From positions 1,696,001 to 1,760,000 of the forward strand of contig CAWCMR010000025.1 of NCBI GenBank assembly GCA_963796685.1: a stretch of 64,000 bases of DNA. The letters run 5' to 3'. Source of the stretch: an uncultured delta proteobacterium (lineage in GTDB: Bacteria; Myxococcota_A; Polyangia; Fen-1088). This document shows positions 1-10,524 of the stretch, piece by piece. Position numbers and translations under genes: made by a program. Below the pieces are notes generated by a model. It saw only the letters and a program-made list of their open reading frames with translations. It did not search any database and was not told the origin of the DNA. Position 1 is the first letter of the stretch. Every line of letters begins with the position of its first letter.

Positions 1-393
1 CCCGCCAGCGAGTCGCCCCAGGTGGTGGCCGAGCGCATCTATTTTCAGGGCGTGGCACACCTGCGCGCCCGCCGTTACCGGGACGCCGCCGAGGCCTTCC
101 GCCAGGCCACGGCCCTTGCCCCAACCCAGGCCAGCTATCGCAGCGCCCTCGGCTGGGCTCTGTACCGGCAAGCACCCGCCGATCCGCGCGCGGTGGCCGC
201 GGGGCTGGGCGAGCTTTTGCGCGCCGCCGATTCGGATCCCAAGAATCCCTGGTCGCGCGTTTCGCTCGGACGTTTCTATGCCGAGACCGGCATGCCCGAC
301 GAGGCCATCCGCATCTTCGAGGAGGTTTTGCGCATGAGCCCCGGGCTTTCTGATATCGAAGAAGAAATTCGCCGTCTCAAAGGAGCATCATGA
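1..393 (+). CDS. TPR-repeat protein, C-terminal part (5' end outside the window)
   Basis: Helical TPR patterns ([46 protein letters not shown]). Frame is open from base 1. Stop overlaps the ilvE start (ATGA). Confidence 0.8.
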   Translation, partial: PASESPQVVAERIYFQGVAHLRARRYRDAAEAFRQATALAPTQASYRSALGWALYRQAPADPRAVAAGLGELLRAADSDPKNPWSRVSLGRFYAETGMPDEAIRIFEEVLRMSPGLSDIEEEIRRLKGAS

Positions 394-1307
394 TCGAGTC
401 CCAATTCGCGTGGATGAACGGGAAGCTGATTCCGTTCGCCCAAGCGACCACGCACATCTCGGCCTTCACCCTGCACTACGGGGTCGCGGCGTTCGAAGGC
501 ATCCGCTGCTACAAGCGCGCCGACGGGCGCAGCGCCGTGTTCCGCCTGCGCGAGCACATCGAACGCCTGTTCGGGTCGATGAAGGTGTGCGGGAACGATG
601 TCCCCTGGTCCATCGAGCAAGTCGAGGCCGCGTGCCTCGATGTCCTGCGGGCCAACAAGCTCGACGAGGCCTACCTGAGGCCGCTCGTGTACGCGGGCGC
701 CGGTTCGCTGGGACTCGGCGCGAAGGACGCGCCGATCGAGGCGGTGGTGATCGCGTTTCCCTGGGGCGCCTACCTCGGCGAGGAGGCGCTGACCAAGGGG
801 ATTCGCGCGCACGTGTCCACCTTCGTGCGCGGACACGTGAACAACATCATGAGCAAGGCCAAGATCTCGGGTCAGTACGTGAATTCGGTGCTGGCCAAGC
901 GCGAGGCGCAGCGCCAGGGCTTCGACGAAGCGGTCATGCTCGACGCCGACGGCCGCGTGGCCGAAGGCACGGGCGAGAACATCTTCGCGGTTCACAAGGG
1001 CCGCATCTATACCCCGCCGCTCGACATGCCCATTCTCGAAGGCATCACCCGCGACGCGGTCATCACCCTGGCCAAGGAAGCCGGCTTCGAGATCGTCGAG
1101 CAGTCGTTCACGCGCGACTTCCTTTACCAAGTCGCCGAGGTCTTCTTCACCGGCACGGCCTGCGAGGTCACCCCGGTGCGCGAGATCGACTGCCGCACCA
1201 TCGGCAGCGGGCAACCAGGTCCGGTGACACGCAAGCTGCAAGCCGCCTACACCGCCGTGGTGAAGGGCCCGGGCGAACCCAAGCCTAAGTGGCTGGCCTA
1301 CCTCTAA
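390..1307 (+). CDS. ilvE: Branched-chain amino acid aminotransferase (class IV PLP enzyme)
   Basis: [22 protein letters not shown] (PLP Lys), [24 protein letters not shown]. Confidence 0.95.
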   Translation: MIESQFAWMNGKLIPFAQATTHISAFTLHYGVAAFEGIRCYKRADGRSAVFRLREHIERLFGSMKVCGNDVPWSIEQVEAACLDVLRANKLDEAYLRPLVYAGAGSLGLGAKDAPIEAVVIAFPWGAYLGEEALTKGIRAHVSTFVRGHVNNIMSKAKISGQYVNSVLAKREAQRQGFDEAVMLDADGRVAEGTGENIFAVHKGRIYTPPLDMPILEGITRDAVITLAKEAGFEIVEQSFTRDFLYQVAEVFFTGTACEVTPVREIDCRTIGSGQPGPVTRKLQAAYTAVVKGPGEPKPKWLAYL

Positions 1308-1311
1308 GATC

Positions 1312-2259
<948 letters not shown>

Positions 2260-2277
2260 TTCCGGTTCTCCTCCGGT

Positions 2278-2322
2278 CCCCTCGCCCCGCGTCCGCGCGG
2301 GGAGAGGGCTAGGGTGAGGGGC
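2278..2322. repeat. REP-like GC-rich hairpin repeat
   Basis: CCCCTCGCCCCGCG..GCGGGGAGAGGGCTAGGGTGAGGGGC. Near-identical copy at 5276-5317; related inverted forms at 5343-5396 and 48450-48506. Confidence 0.75.
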
Positions 2323-2340
2323 GCGAGACCCCTTCTCCTC

Positions 2341-2357
2341 GTTCCCGAAATGGGACC
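2341..2357. promoter_or_regulatory. Putative HigA operator (imperfect palindrome TCCC-N5-GGGA)
   Basis: GTTCCCGAAATGGGACC, ~35 bp upstream of the HigA-like start. TA antitoxins usually autoregulate at such palindromes (inference). Confidence 0.4.
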
Positions 2358-2390
2358 ATGATGTAAGGAATTTGTGGAGGCGCTCACCCC

Positions 2391-2759
2391 ATGGAGATTC
2401 ACCCGATAAGGACTGCCCGCGACCATGCCCAAGCGCTAGGCAAAATCGAACGCCTGTGGGGCGCGCGGCGCGGGACCAGGGAAGCCGACGAGCTGGAAGT
2501 GCTCGTTACCCTAGTTGATGCTTACGAGGCGAGACACCATTCCATCGATCCGTCGGATCCCATCGACGCCATTCTCTTTCGCCTGGAGCAAATGGGTCTC
2601 GGGCGCAGTGAGCTGGTCGACATCATGGGAACCCGAGCCCGCGTCTCCGAGGTGCTCAATCGCCGCCGGCCGCTCAGCATCGCCATGATTGCGAAGCTGC
2701 GCGACAAGCTGGGGATCTCTGCCGATATTCTCATCGGCTCGCGTCGTCGAGCCGCGTAG
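2391..2759 (+). CDS. higA: HigA-family HTH antitoxin (no cognate higB upstream)
   Basis: MEIHPIRT..., DELEVLVTLVDAYE, DPIDAILFRLEQMGL, RVSEVLNRRRPLSIAMI (HTH). GGAGG upstream. Confidence 0.85.
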   Translation: MEIHPIRTARDHAQALGKIERLWGARRGTREADELEVLVTLVDAYEARHHSIDPSDPIDAILFRLEQMGLGRSELVDIMGTRARVSEVLNRRRPLSIAMIAKLRDKLGISADILIGSRRRAA

Positions 2760-3113
2760 GAAGGGGCGCTGTCCGGGCCCACCCCCATCGTGTTTTGCTG
2801 GCCGGCGATTCTTGCGTTCATGCGCATCGCCAGCCATCGCAAAGCCATGGCCAGGCCGCTTGCGGTGGGCGACGCGCGCAAGATCGTGGAGTCGTGGCTC
2901 GAGCACCCCATCTCGACCATCGTGTCACCAACAGAACGGCACTGGGCCATCCTCTCCGGTCTGCTCACCCCTGGACAGGTCAGCGGCGCGCTTGTCTCCG
3001 ACGCCCACCTCGCTGCCCTGGCCATCGAGCACGGCGCCACGCTGGTCACGAACGCCCGCGACTTCGCCAGATTTCCAGGTCTGAACGCCGCGTACCCGCT
3101 CATGGGCGGGTGA
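2760..3113 (+). pseudogene. 5'-truncated VapC/PIN toxin
   Basis: ILAFMRIASH, LVSDAHLAALAIEHGATLVTNARDFARFPGL match the PIN C-terminal two-thirds. The N-terminal strand with the first catalytic Asp is missing. Similarity starts at the codon after the higA stop. Confidence 0.75.
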
Positions 3114-3118
3114 ACCCG

Positions 3119-3493
3119 TCACAGCCGCGCAAGCAGGGCGCGAACATCCCGTGAAACCTTGGCCAGCAAGGCGGCTGTTTCTGAGTGGTCCGGCGCGATG
3201 GACTTCAAGATGAAGGCCGGCGCGAAGAGATCGTCGTCGAGCGCGGGCAGCGCGTTCGCGTACGCGACGATGGCGGGCAGGAACTTGTCACGGCTCCAGC
3301 CCATGGCGAGGACGAAGCGCTCCAGCGAGGCACGGAGGGTGGCGATGCGAACGTTATCCGTCTCATTCATGGCCGCGACCAGCGCCTCGCCGAGGACATT
3401 CACATCGTCGAGCTGGCGGGCAACGAGGTCGTGGCGCCAATCGAGCAGCACTTCAATGGGGAATGCCGGAGTGGTTGGTGGTGAAGAAGACAT
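3119..3493 (-). CDS. Hypothetical protein
   Basis: 124-aa ORF with GGAGAG RBS and GC-skewed third codon positions; no recognisable motif. Confidence 0.55.
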   Translation of the reverse strand: MSSSPPTTPAFPIEVLLDWRHDLVARQLDDVNVLGEALVAAMNETDNVRIATLRASLERFVLAMGWSRDKFLPAIVAYANALPALDDDLFAPAFILKSIAPDHSETAALLAKVSRDVRALLARL

Positions 3494-3566
3494 GACTCTC
3501 CACCGATGCTACCGCAAACCGAGGCTCATCATGTGGCCGGTGTCGCGGGCCCACCATTCGCCCATG

Positions 3567-5261
3567 TCAGAACGGACCAGCAGACGGCACCTGGCACGGA
3601 TAGCTCCCGGGCTTGTGGCGATACACGAGGATGTCGAAGAGCCCCGAGCCCGGCCCGTTCTCTGTCGGTGGGTATACCTCGGGGATCTCGTAGCACGTCA
3701 TGACGTACAAGCGGAAATACGGGCTCTGGGCGATGAACCAGGGTGAAGTGACGATGGCAGCTACATGATCGCCCTCGATTCGAGAGACGACATCCTCGTG
3801 CTTGACGGTTCCAGCTTCCAGCCAGCGGTAGTCGAAATCCGCCAGCTCACCGGCTACGCGGGAACCTCCATCCAACGCCACCGCGGAGACGATCGTTGGA
3901 TCACCGAAGATGGTTTCGTCTTTGCGCAGTGCCAGATCCCCTGCCACCCGTCCGGCCACATCTAGCCGTTGATACTGGGCCAGCTCTCCGGAACGAAGCT
4001 GTGGCAAAAAGGAATACTGGCGCTCGTCAAGCCCCTCGCGGCTGGACTGGGCGGCGGCCCACCCACCGCAAGTTACGGCGAGGGTGGCAATTGTTCCCAA
4101 GAGCATGAGTCGCGAGGCCCGTCGACGCAAAATCGGTGAACCTCTTCTGCTGTCGGCCCACCACGTAGCTACCGCGTCGAAGCCAATTCCCGCCAGAAGG
4201 GCCAACAGGGGCGCAATCAGCACCATGTAGAGAAAGGCCGTCTGGTTCATTGCCATCACGACCACAACGTGTATCCCTATCGCGAGTAAGAGCGCGAGTA
4301 CTGTCCTCGAGGGTAGCCGTGAGAGATCGCGGCTTGCTCCATCTCTTACCCATGACCGCAAGAGGGTCAAGCTCAGTCCGACTCCGACCATAAGGTACGC
4401 GTGGTCGTAGAGCCAAGGCGTAAGACGTTCCCCAAATTGAGTGTCGCCGCCACCCTGGCCCGAGCTCAAGTGATAGAGGTGGTGACCGAATAGGCTTTCC
4501 CACACGTGATGGCCACCCATGAGCCACACAGGGCAAAAAACGAGCGCACCAACGCCCAACGACCCCAACAAGAATCGAACACCATCGCGTGGTCTCCGGA
4601 CCAGCGTCCAGAGAGCTACAAGGCCGCCAATCGCGAGACCATGCTGGCCGGTCGCCAGAATGAAACCGAAACACAACCCGGATCGAAATGGCATCGACCT
4701 CAGAAAATACAGGAAGCAGGCAACCGTGGTCAGGACTGTAAGCTGGATACCCGTATAGTGGACTCTGTCGAAGACCTCCGGCGAGGTCAGGAAGAGTAGC
4801 GCCGCCAGTGCTCCGGCCCGCCACGAAATCAGGCGCCAGCCGCCCCACAACATGAATCCGGCTGTCGCAAGCTGGCTGACCAAGACCAATGCTCGACCTG
4901 CTAGCAGCGGTGAGCAGCCTAGTTTGATCAGCCAGGCGACTGGCAAGATCGCCAAGGGCGGACGCGAGCTATCGATGTCCCGGTAGAGGACTGCCCCCTC
5001 GGCCACTCGGCGCGCTACGTACAGGTGGATCTGCTCGTCGGTCCAGGACAGGAAAAAGCCCGTACGGTGTCTCCAGACCAGTGCGACAGTCGCAACCACG
5101 AATAGAGCGCACCAGATGGCGATTTCGGTCTTCGAAATTCCGCGTTGCGTTTCGCTTCGAGAGTCTGGCTCGGCAGGAAGGACGGCCCTAGGCTTACGGC
5201 GGGACCCTCTAGAGCACCGAACGGGTTGAAAGTGCAGAGAATTCAAGAAGTTGCTACGCAC
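3567..5261 (-). CDS. Polytopic GT-C glycosyltransferase (ArnT/PMT-like); 5' end remodelled by a MITE
   Basis: TM helix followed by WTDEQIHLY (acidic DE loop), YRDIDSSRPPL, many TM segments and a periplasmic C-terminal domain. Likely ancestral ATG at 5464. Confidence 0.75.
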   Translation of the reverse strand: MRSNFLNSLHFQPVRCSRGSRRKPRAVLPAEPDSRSETQRGISKTEIAIWCALFVVATVALVWRHRTGFFLSWTDEQIHLYVARRVAEGAVLYRDIDSSRPPLAILPVAWLIKLGCSPLLAGRALVLVSQLATAGFMLWGGWRLISWRAGALAALLFLTSPEVFDRVHYTGIQLTVLTTVACFLYFLRSMPFRSGLCFGFILATGQHGLAIGGLVALWTLVRRPRDGVRFLLGSLGVGALVFCPVWLMGGHHVWESLFGHHLYHLSSGQGGGDTQFGERLTPWLYDHAYLMVGVGLSLTLLRSWVRDGASRDLSRLPSRTVLALLLAIGIHVVVVMAMNQTAFLYMVLIAPLLALLAGIGFDAVATWWADSRRGSPILRRRASRLMLLGTIATLAVTCGGWAAAQSSREGLDERQYSFLPQLRSGELAQYQRLDVAGRVAGDLALRKDETIFGDPTIVSAVALDGGSRVAGELADFDYRWLEAGTVKHEDVVSRIEGDHVAAIVTSPWFIAQSPYFRLYVMTCYEIPEVYPPTENGPGSGLFDILVYRHKPGSYPCQVPSAGPF

Positions 5262-5460
5262 GTGCCCCCTCCAATCCCCTCGCCCCGCGCAGCGGGGAGA
5301 GGGTTAGGGTGAGGGGCCAGCGCACTCTCTCGCATGGCCGAACCCCTCACCCGACGCGCTTCGCGCGTCGACCTCTCCCCGCTTCGCGGGGCGAGGTGAA
5401 TTTTCCGAGCACTCGCAAGCTCTCGATCCTGCACAGCATTCAACCCGTTCGGTGCTCTAG
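5209..5460. mobile_element. MITE with 22-bp perfect inverted ends including a duplicated CTAG target
   Basis: CTAGAGCACCGAACGGGTTGAA (5209-5230) and TTCAACCCGTTCGGTGCTCTAG (5439-5460). Removing it restores ATG GCT AGA GGG TCC in frame with the glycosyltransferase. Contains two REP-like hairpins. Confidence 0.8.
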
Positions 5461-5496
5461 CCATGGTCCTGCCACAGGCCGTCCAGGGATCGTCGG

Positions 5497-7305
5497 CTAA
5501 AGCCCATTGATCACGACATCATCAACGTACATGGTCCCGGTCCAGTTGGTGGCAGGAGAGAGGGAGAGGCCTATGCGATCGACTGGAGTCGGGCTGGTGA
5601 AGCCGAGCGAAACCTCGAACCATTGGTTGATCGGAATGTTCCCGAAGAACGGGACGTTGTGATCTGCCTGGGTACCCGAGGAAGTCCACGTGTCCACGAT
5701 CAGCTGATTGCCAAAGTCTGAAAGCGGATAGCTTCCGTCGAAATACACGTAGGCCGAACCCGTGTATCCGGAGAGGTTCACCTTGCAGGGAAGCGATACC
5801 GTCACCTCCACGGCAAAGGTCGTAGAATAGTCTATCTGAACCGGCACGATCAGCGAGTGACTGCCTCCATGGTACTTCGACTGGGTCACACCGATGTTGG
5901 TCCCCCCATTGGGGCCCGGCGATCCTGGCACCATTTCGAGGTTCCATGGCGCGGGGCTCGAGCTGGATTCGAAGTCCCAGGCGAGACAGCCACCACAAGC
6001 CAAGGCACCGCTGCTACAGGCGCACGTGCCCGCGCTGCAGTATTGGTTCGAGGAACACACGGCAGTGCAGGATCCACAGTGATTTGCGTCGGAACCGGAG
6101 GTGTTGATGCACCCACTGGTTCCACAGTCGGTCGTCCCTTGCGGACAGGAACATGTCGAGCCCGAACAGTTGGCGCCGATCCTACAAGAAACCGGAGCCG
6201 GCATGTCGCAGGTGCCTGCGTTGCACGTCCCGGCGGCTTGCGTAGAAGTCGTGGTTGCACACCCCGCGGTTCCGCACGAGGTCGTCGGGAAAGTGCAAGT
6301 GCCGTCGGTCTTGCCCTGGCAGGTGCCGGCGCAGGTTCCGCTTCCGGCGCAGAGACCGTGGCGGGCGGTGCTGTTCGCCGGAAGCACGGTGCATGTGCCC
6401 GGAGATGTCGCCAGGTCGCACGCCTCGCACGTCCCGGTGCAGGCGCGATTGCAGCAGTAGCCGTCGGCACAGGTCGTTCCAGTGATGCATCCCGCGGCGA
6501 CGGCGTCGCACTTCTGTCCCGCCTTGGCTTTGCACTCGCCATTGGAATCACAGGTGCCCGCGCACCTGCTGGCGTCATCGGCGCTCTTGACCGCCACACA
6601 CGCACCGGCGCTGCAGGTCTGGCAGGCGCCAGGACAATCGCTTCGTTGCGTGCAACCGACGCACTTGTTCGTGGTCGTGTCACACACTGCCGAGGTCCCG
6701 CACTGACCGTTCTTCGTGCATTGAACGCAGGCACCTGTTGTCGCGTCACAGGCTGTCGCGGAGCGTCCCGAGCAGTCATTGTCGGAGCCGCAATTGGTGC
6801 ATTGGTTGGAGCTGCTACACACGGGCGCCGTGAGCGGACAGTCCGCGGTCGTGCAGCAGCCACCATTACACGGCAGCGGCAGGTCCACCGGCACATCGGC
6901 GGGAACGTCCGCTGCGGCGTAGGCCCCATCTGGTTGTACCTCAGGCGCGATCGGGCTCGCACCATCAGGCTGGCCAGTGGGAAGATCTTGGCCACCGATC
7001 GAGAAATCGACGGCGGCATCGGGAACGACACCTCCACTGCCCTCACTGGACATGTCGATGATTTTGCCGTCCGAGCTCGCTGTCACGTCGACACTGCCGT
7101 CGATGCCCCCAGCACTCTTCCGGCATCCACCGGGCTGTCCCTTGATCGCGCAGACGTAGCCGTCTGGGCAGTTGTTGTCTCCCTGGCAGATAATCGTGTC
7201 CACGTTGGGGCTGACGCGATGAAAGCATCCGGCGAACCCAACGGCCAAGATCACGCAAACGAGAAGGAACGAGTGGCGGAACGTGGAGAAATGGTGAAGG
7301 TGCAT
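5497..7305 (-). CDS. Cys-rich repeat lipoprotein with C-terminal beta-sandwich (CBM-like) domain
   Basis: Lipobox (GFAGC), Pro/Asp-rich linker, many CxxxxxC repeats (DGYCCNRACTGTCEAC), C-terminus AWDFES...WFEV...MYVDDVVI. Confidence 0.75.
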   Translation of the reverse strand: MHLHHFSTFRHSFLLVCVILAVGFAGCFHRVSPNVDTIICQGDNNCPDGYVCAIKGQPGGCRKSAGGIDGSVDVTASSDGKIIDMSSEGSGGVVPDAAVDFSIGGQDLPTGQPDGASPIAPEVQPDGAYAAADVPADVPVDLPLPCNGGCCTTADCPLTAPVCSSSNQCTNCGSDNDCSGRSATACDATTGACVQCTKNGQCGTSAVCDTTTNKCVGCTQRSDCPGACQTCSAGACVAVKSADDASRCAGTCDSNGECKAKAGQKCDAVAAGCITGTTCADGYCCNRACTGTCEACDLATSPGTCTVLPANSTARHGLCAGSGTCAGTCQGKTDGTCTFPTTSCGTAGCATTTSTQAAGTCNAGTCDMPAPVSCRIGANCSGSTCSCPQGTTDCGTSGCINTSGSDANHCGSCTAVCSSNQYCSAGTCACSSGALACGGCLAWDFESSSSPAPWNLEMVPGSPGPNGGTNIGVTQSKYHGGSHSLIVPVQIDYSTTFAVEVTVSLPCKVNLSGYTGSAYVYFDGSYPLSDFGNQLIVDTWTSSGTQADHNVPFFGNIPINQWFEVSLGFTSPTPVDRIGLSLSPATNWTGTMYVDDVVINGL

Positions 7306-8132
7306 CAGAAGCCTCCGCGAAACGCGACACCGGCGTGGTCGGGAGCAACAAGAGGAAGAAGCGCAACCGCACTCGAGCTTTCGGCGCTGCGGCCGAGGTA
7401 GTAGAGGATGGCTCCGCCAACGAGACAGGCGGAGCCGAGGCCGTACCCGACCCAGCTACCGGTCTCGTAGTTCGAGCGCTGCGATACTTTTCCACGGTCG
7501 TAGCCAGTCGGTGTGTTCAGGTCGTCGGCCATGCTGTTCGCCTTGATGTTCAGGACCACGGCCGTGACCAGTGACGCGACGCCCAGCGCCCCTGTGGTGA
7601 TACCGGCGATGCGAAGCCCACGTCCAGGCGGCGACGGGACGGCCTTGGACCGGGCCACGGTCTCCACAGGTCTTGGCTCCGTTGGGAAGGAGGGTTGGAC
7701 TACGATCGGCGGCGGCGGAACAGGTGGAGGCGCAACGGAGGCGCTCTTCGCGACCTTGGACTGACAGTCGGCAATGTGTTCCTCGGCATCCGCTCTGTCT
7801 TTGGCGCCTGAGCCCTTGGTGACCCTGAGGTATTCCTCGAAGCGCACGATCGCCTCCTCGTATCGCGCGTTCTGCTCAAGACACCGCCCTTGGTTGTAGA
7901 TGTAGTTCGGCGCTTCGGTCTTGACGAAAAGGTCCGAGAGTATGGCGATCCCCTTCTGGTAATCCCCGTTGAGGCAAGCCTTCCTGGCCTCGGCGACCTG
8001 GCGGTCCGAGGGGTCAGCACCCTTCGCATAGGCTGTTGAAGTCGCGACCGCAGCGAGAATTACAAGCAGCGGCGAAAGACGCGCGTTGGCTCGTGCCTTC
8101 CAGCCAGCGATGTGTCGCAGTCCACGATCCAT
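7305..8132 (-). CDS. Secreted TPR protein with C-terminal hydrophobic hairpin and terminal Phe
   Basis: Signal peptide, TPR (YIYNQGRCLEQNARYEEAIVRFEEYL), Pro linker, two Gly-rich hydrophobic segments, ends GVAFRGGF. Paralog at 60443-61282. TGATG coupling to the next gene. Confidence 0.75.
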   Translation of the reverse strand: MDRGLRHIAGWKARANARLSPLLVILAAVATSTAYAKGADPSDRQVAEARKACLNGDYQKGIAILSDLFVKTEAPNYIYNQGRCLEQNARYEEAIVRFEEYLRVTKGSGAKDRADAEEHIADCQSKVAKSASVAPPPVPPPPIVVQPSFPTEPRPVETVARSKAVPSPPGRGLRIAGITTGALGVASLVTAVVLNIKANSMADDLNTPTGYDRGKVSQRSNYETGSWVGYGLGSACLVGGAILYYLGRSAESSSAVALLPLVAPDHAGVAFRGGF

Positions 8133-8406
8133 GGAGGCATCTTCACCTAGGGTCTAACGCCGTGCCACCGAAATCTTGAGCAGGTCGGGCGCGTCGCATG
8201 CCACCGAGGGGACACCGAGTCGATGGCGTTCACCGCAAACCACAGGGCCGACGGACGGAGGCTCGTCTCGTGTCGCAGCACCTTGTCGCAGACTGGGCCA
8301 GTGGCACGAACAAGGCCTTCCATTGCGGACCACCGGGCCGCGACGACCGGCGGCATATCCTTCTTGCACCCGGGCAGAAGGCTGGTGGCTAGACAAGACA
8401 TCACGA

Positions 8407-10521
8407 CTACGAAGACGAGCTTGCGAGACATACGCCATCCAGAAACCGACGGGTACCCTCCACATCCAAGAGCTTTTCGGCCAAGAGTCTGTCCTCATCC
8501 TTCTCGGGCAAGCAGGGCTGGAATTTGCTGACCATGCCACGGGCCATGCCTCGAGCAGCGGCGGCGGCGACTTGCTCCCATTCCATTCCGGGGAGTGCCT
8601 GCACGGCCTTGCGCGCGGCAACCATGGAAAGCTCTTTGCAGCGAAGGGACAGATTGCCTGCCACCCATTTCTTGCCGGACTTCTGCTCAAGTCCCGCCGC
8701 CAGTAGGCGGTTCACAGCGCCGCCTGAGAAGGTGTGCCAGACGATGCCGTCTGGCTGTTCCTCAAGGGGCGCTTGCCCCTGCACTAACACGCCAGAGTAG
8801 GATTCACGCAGACTTGCCAGCTCCAGAGCCGCTGGCCGGGATAACCAGCCCGCCTCGCCTTCCTCGCGCAGCAGAACATCGAGCATGGTCTGGCAGATTC
8901 TGGTCGAAAGAGCGCCCGGAAAGCCAATCCAGCTCGGGACCCTACCTCGGTCGGCGGGTTTGACATGCAGCACGCCCTTCGACCACTCGCTCTGACCGAC
9001 CTCCCAGGCACGACCACCCAGCCGGAAACAGAGCGGGCCCTGGCTGTAGTCGTGCATGGCAACGAAGGTCGCCTGAATGTGTCCCACTTCCTCCTTGCCG
9101 TGCAGAACCAGCATGACGGGCGGAGCAGTGAAGACGGCATAGAGCTCGAAGAAATTCTTCCGGCCATACAGCTTCTCGCCATGTTTGCCGAGCGAAAGGA
9201 CGCCGTCCGCTTCGTAGAGGATCTCTCGCGCCACCATGGTGTCGACAAGGTTCTGTAGACGCTCGTTTCCGATGCCTGAGAACGAGTACGCAGCCTCGAT
9301 CCACGACAACAGACGATGCCGGGACAGCCCACCCTCTTGCAGCACCAGCGCCATCACCTGGTGTGCAAGGACGTGCATGGCTTGGGCGGCAGGCTTCACA
9401 TCTTCTACCCAGCCGGACTCGGCCAGGCGCAAAAGTGCGACTGACTGAAGCAGCGATTCGGGGGTGAGGCAGAAGAAGGTGCAGTTGGTTCGCGTGTTGG
9501 CGCGCCGGCCCGTGCGCCCGAGGCGCTGAAGGAAGGATGCCACGGAACCCGGCGCATCGACTTGGATCACCTGGTCCAGATCGCCCACGTCGATGCCCAA
9601 CTCCATGGTGGACGTACACACGATCGCCGTGTTTTGGCCTCGAGCGAACTGTTCCTCGGCAAGCGTCCTATCGGCCCTGCTGACGGAGCTGTGGTGGATG
9701 AACACCTCCACGCCGGATCCGCCAAGCGCCTGGGCCACACGCTCGGCCTTGGAACGACTCTCGACAAAGACCAGGCTCTTCTTGCCGCGGGCGATGTGCG
9801 AGATCCCCAATGCCGCTTGTTGGACGTCATCGCAGTAGTCGATGTGGAGCTCGCGCTGGGCCTTCGCCTTCGGCGGATCGACAAGTCGAAATGCCCGCTT
9901 GCTCGATCCCCGAAGCCACTCCCCAATGACCAACGGGTTGCCGACCGTCGCGGAAAGTCCGATGCGCTGGACGTCGCGCTTACACAACGTTACCAGACGC
10001 TCCAAGAGCGCAGCCAAGTGGGCGCCACGGTCGTCACCTGCAAAAGCGTGGACCTCATCAATGACCACGGCGGAGAGATTCTGGAACAGCGCCTTGGCGT
10101 CCGTCCGGTCGCTGATCAGCATGACCTCAAGCGACTCGGGTGTGGTCATCAAAATGTGGGCGGGCGACTCTCTGAAGCCCTGCTTCCTCGAATCGCTCAC
10201 ATCGCCGTGCCACTTGAACACGTCCAGCCCAACCATGCGCGCGTAACTGCGCAGTCGCTCTTCCTGGTTGTTTAGCAGCGCGCGGATGGGGCACACGTAG
10301 AGAACCGAGACTGGAGACAGGCCCTCGGTCAAGATGCGCGAAAGCAGCGGAAAAATGGCGGCCTCGGTCTTGCCGCCCGCAGTGGGTGCCAAGACGACAG
10401 CGTTGCAGCCGTCCAGAACGGCCTCAATGGTCAGATCCTGGACCGGCCGAAGAGAGCGCCACCCAAGGTCGTGAACGATTCCGTGCTGCAGGTGCGGGTG
10501 AAGTCGCTCAAGCCCTGGCAT
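8407..10521 (-). CDS. brxHI: BREX type 2 Lhr-like DEAD/DEAH helicase
   Basis: APTAGGKT, DEVH, SAT, TSTMELGIDVG, QRLGRTGRR. Last gene of the pglWXYZ-brxD operon. Confidence 0.88.
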   Translation of the reverse strand: MPGLERLHPHLQHGIVHDLGWRSLRPVQDLTIEAVLDGCNAVVLAPTAGGKTEAAIFPLLSRILTEGLSPVSVLYVCPIRALLNNQEERLRSYARMVGLDVFKWHGDVSDSRKQGFRESPAHILMTTPESLEVMLISDRTDAKALFQNLSAVVIDEVHAFAGDDRGAHLAALLERLVTLCKRDVQRIGLSATVGNPLVIGEWLRGSSKRAFRLVDPPKAKAQRELHIDYCDDVQQAALGISHIARGKKSLVFVESRSKAERVAQALGGSGVEVFIHHSSVSRADRTLAEEQFARGQNTAIVCTSTMELGIDVGDLDQVIQVDAPGSVASFLQRLGRTGRRANTRTNCTFFCLTPESLLQSVALLRLAESGWVEDVKPAAQAMHVLAHQVMALVLQEGGLSRHRLLSWIEAAYSFSGIGNERLQNLVDTMVAREILYEADGVLSLGKHGEKLYGRKNFFELYAVFTAPPVMLVLHGKEEVGHIQATFVAMHDYSQGPLCFRLGGRAWEVGQSEWSKGVLHVKPADRGRVPSWIGFPGALSTRICQTMLDVLLREEGEAGWLSRPAALELASLRESYSGVLVQGQAPLEEQPDGIVWHTFSGGAVNRLLAAGLEQKSGKKWVAGNLSLRCKELSMVAARKAVQALPGMEWEQVAAAAARGMARGMVSKFQPCLPEKDEDRLLAEKLLDVEGTRRFLDGVCLASSSS

Positions 10522-10524
10522 AGC

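Noticed and set aside
8147-8431. 94-aa ORF downstream of brxHI with faint PIN-like or lipoprotein-like wording
   Set aside because: No convincing motif or RBS, and it overlaps the brxHI end.
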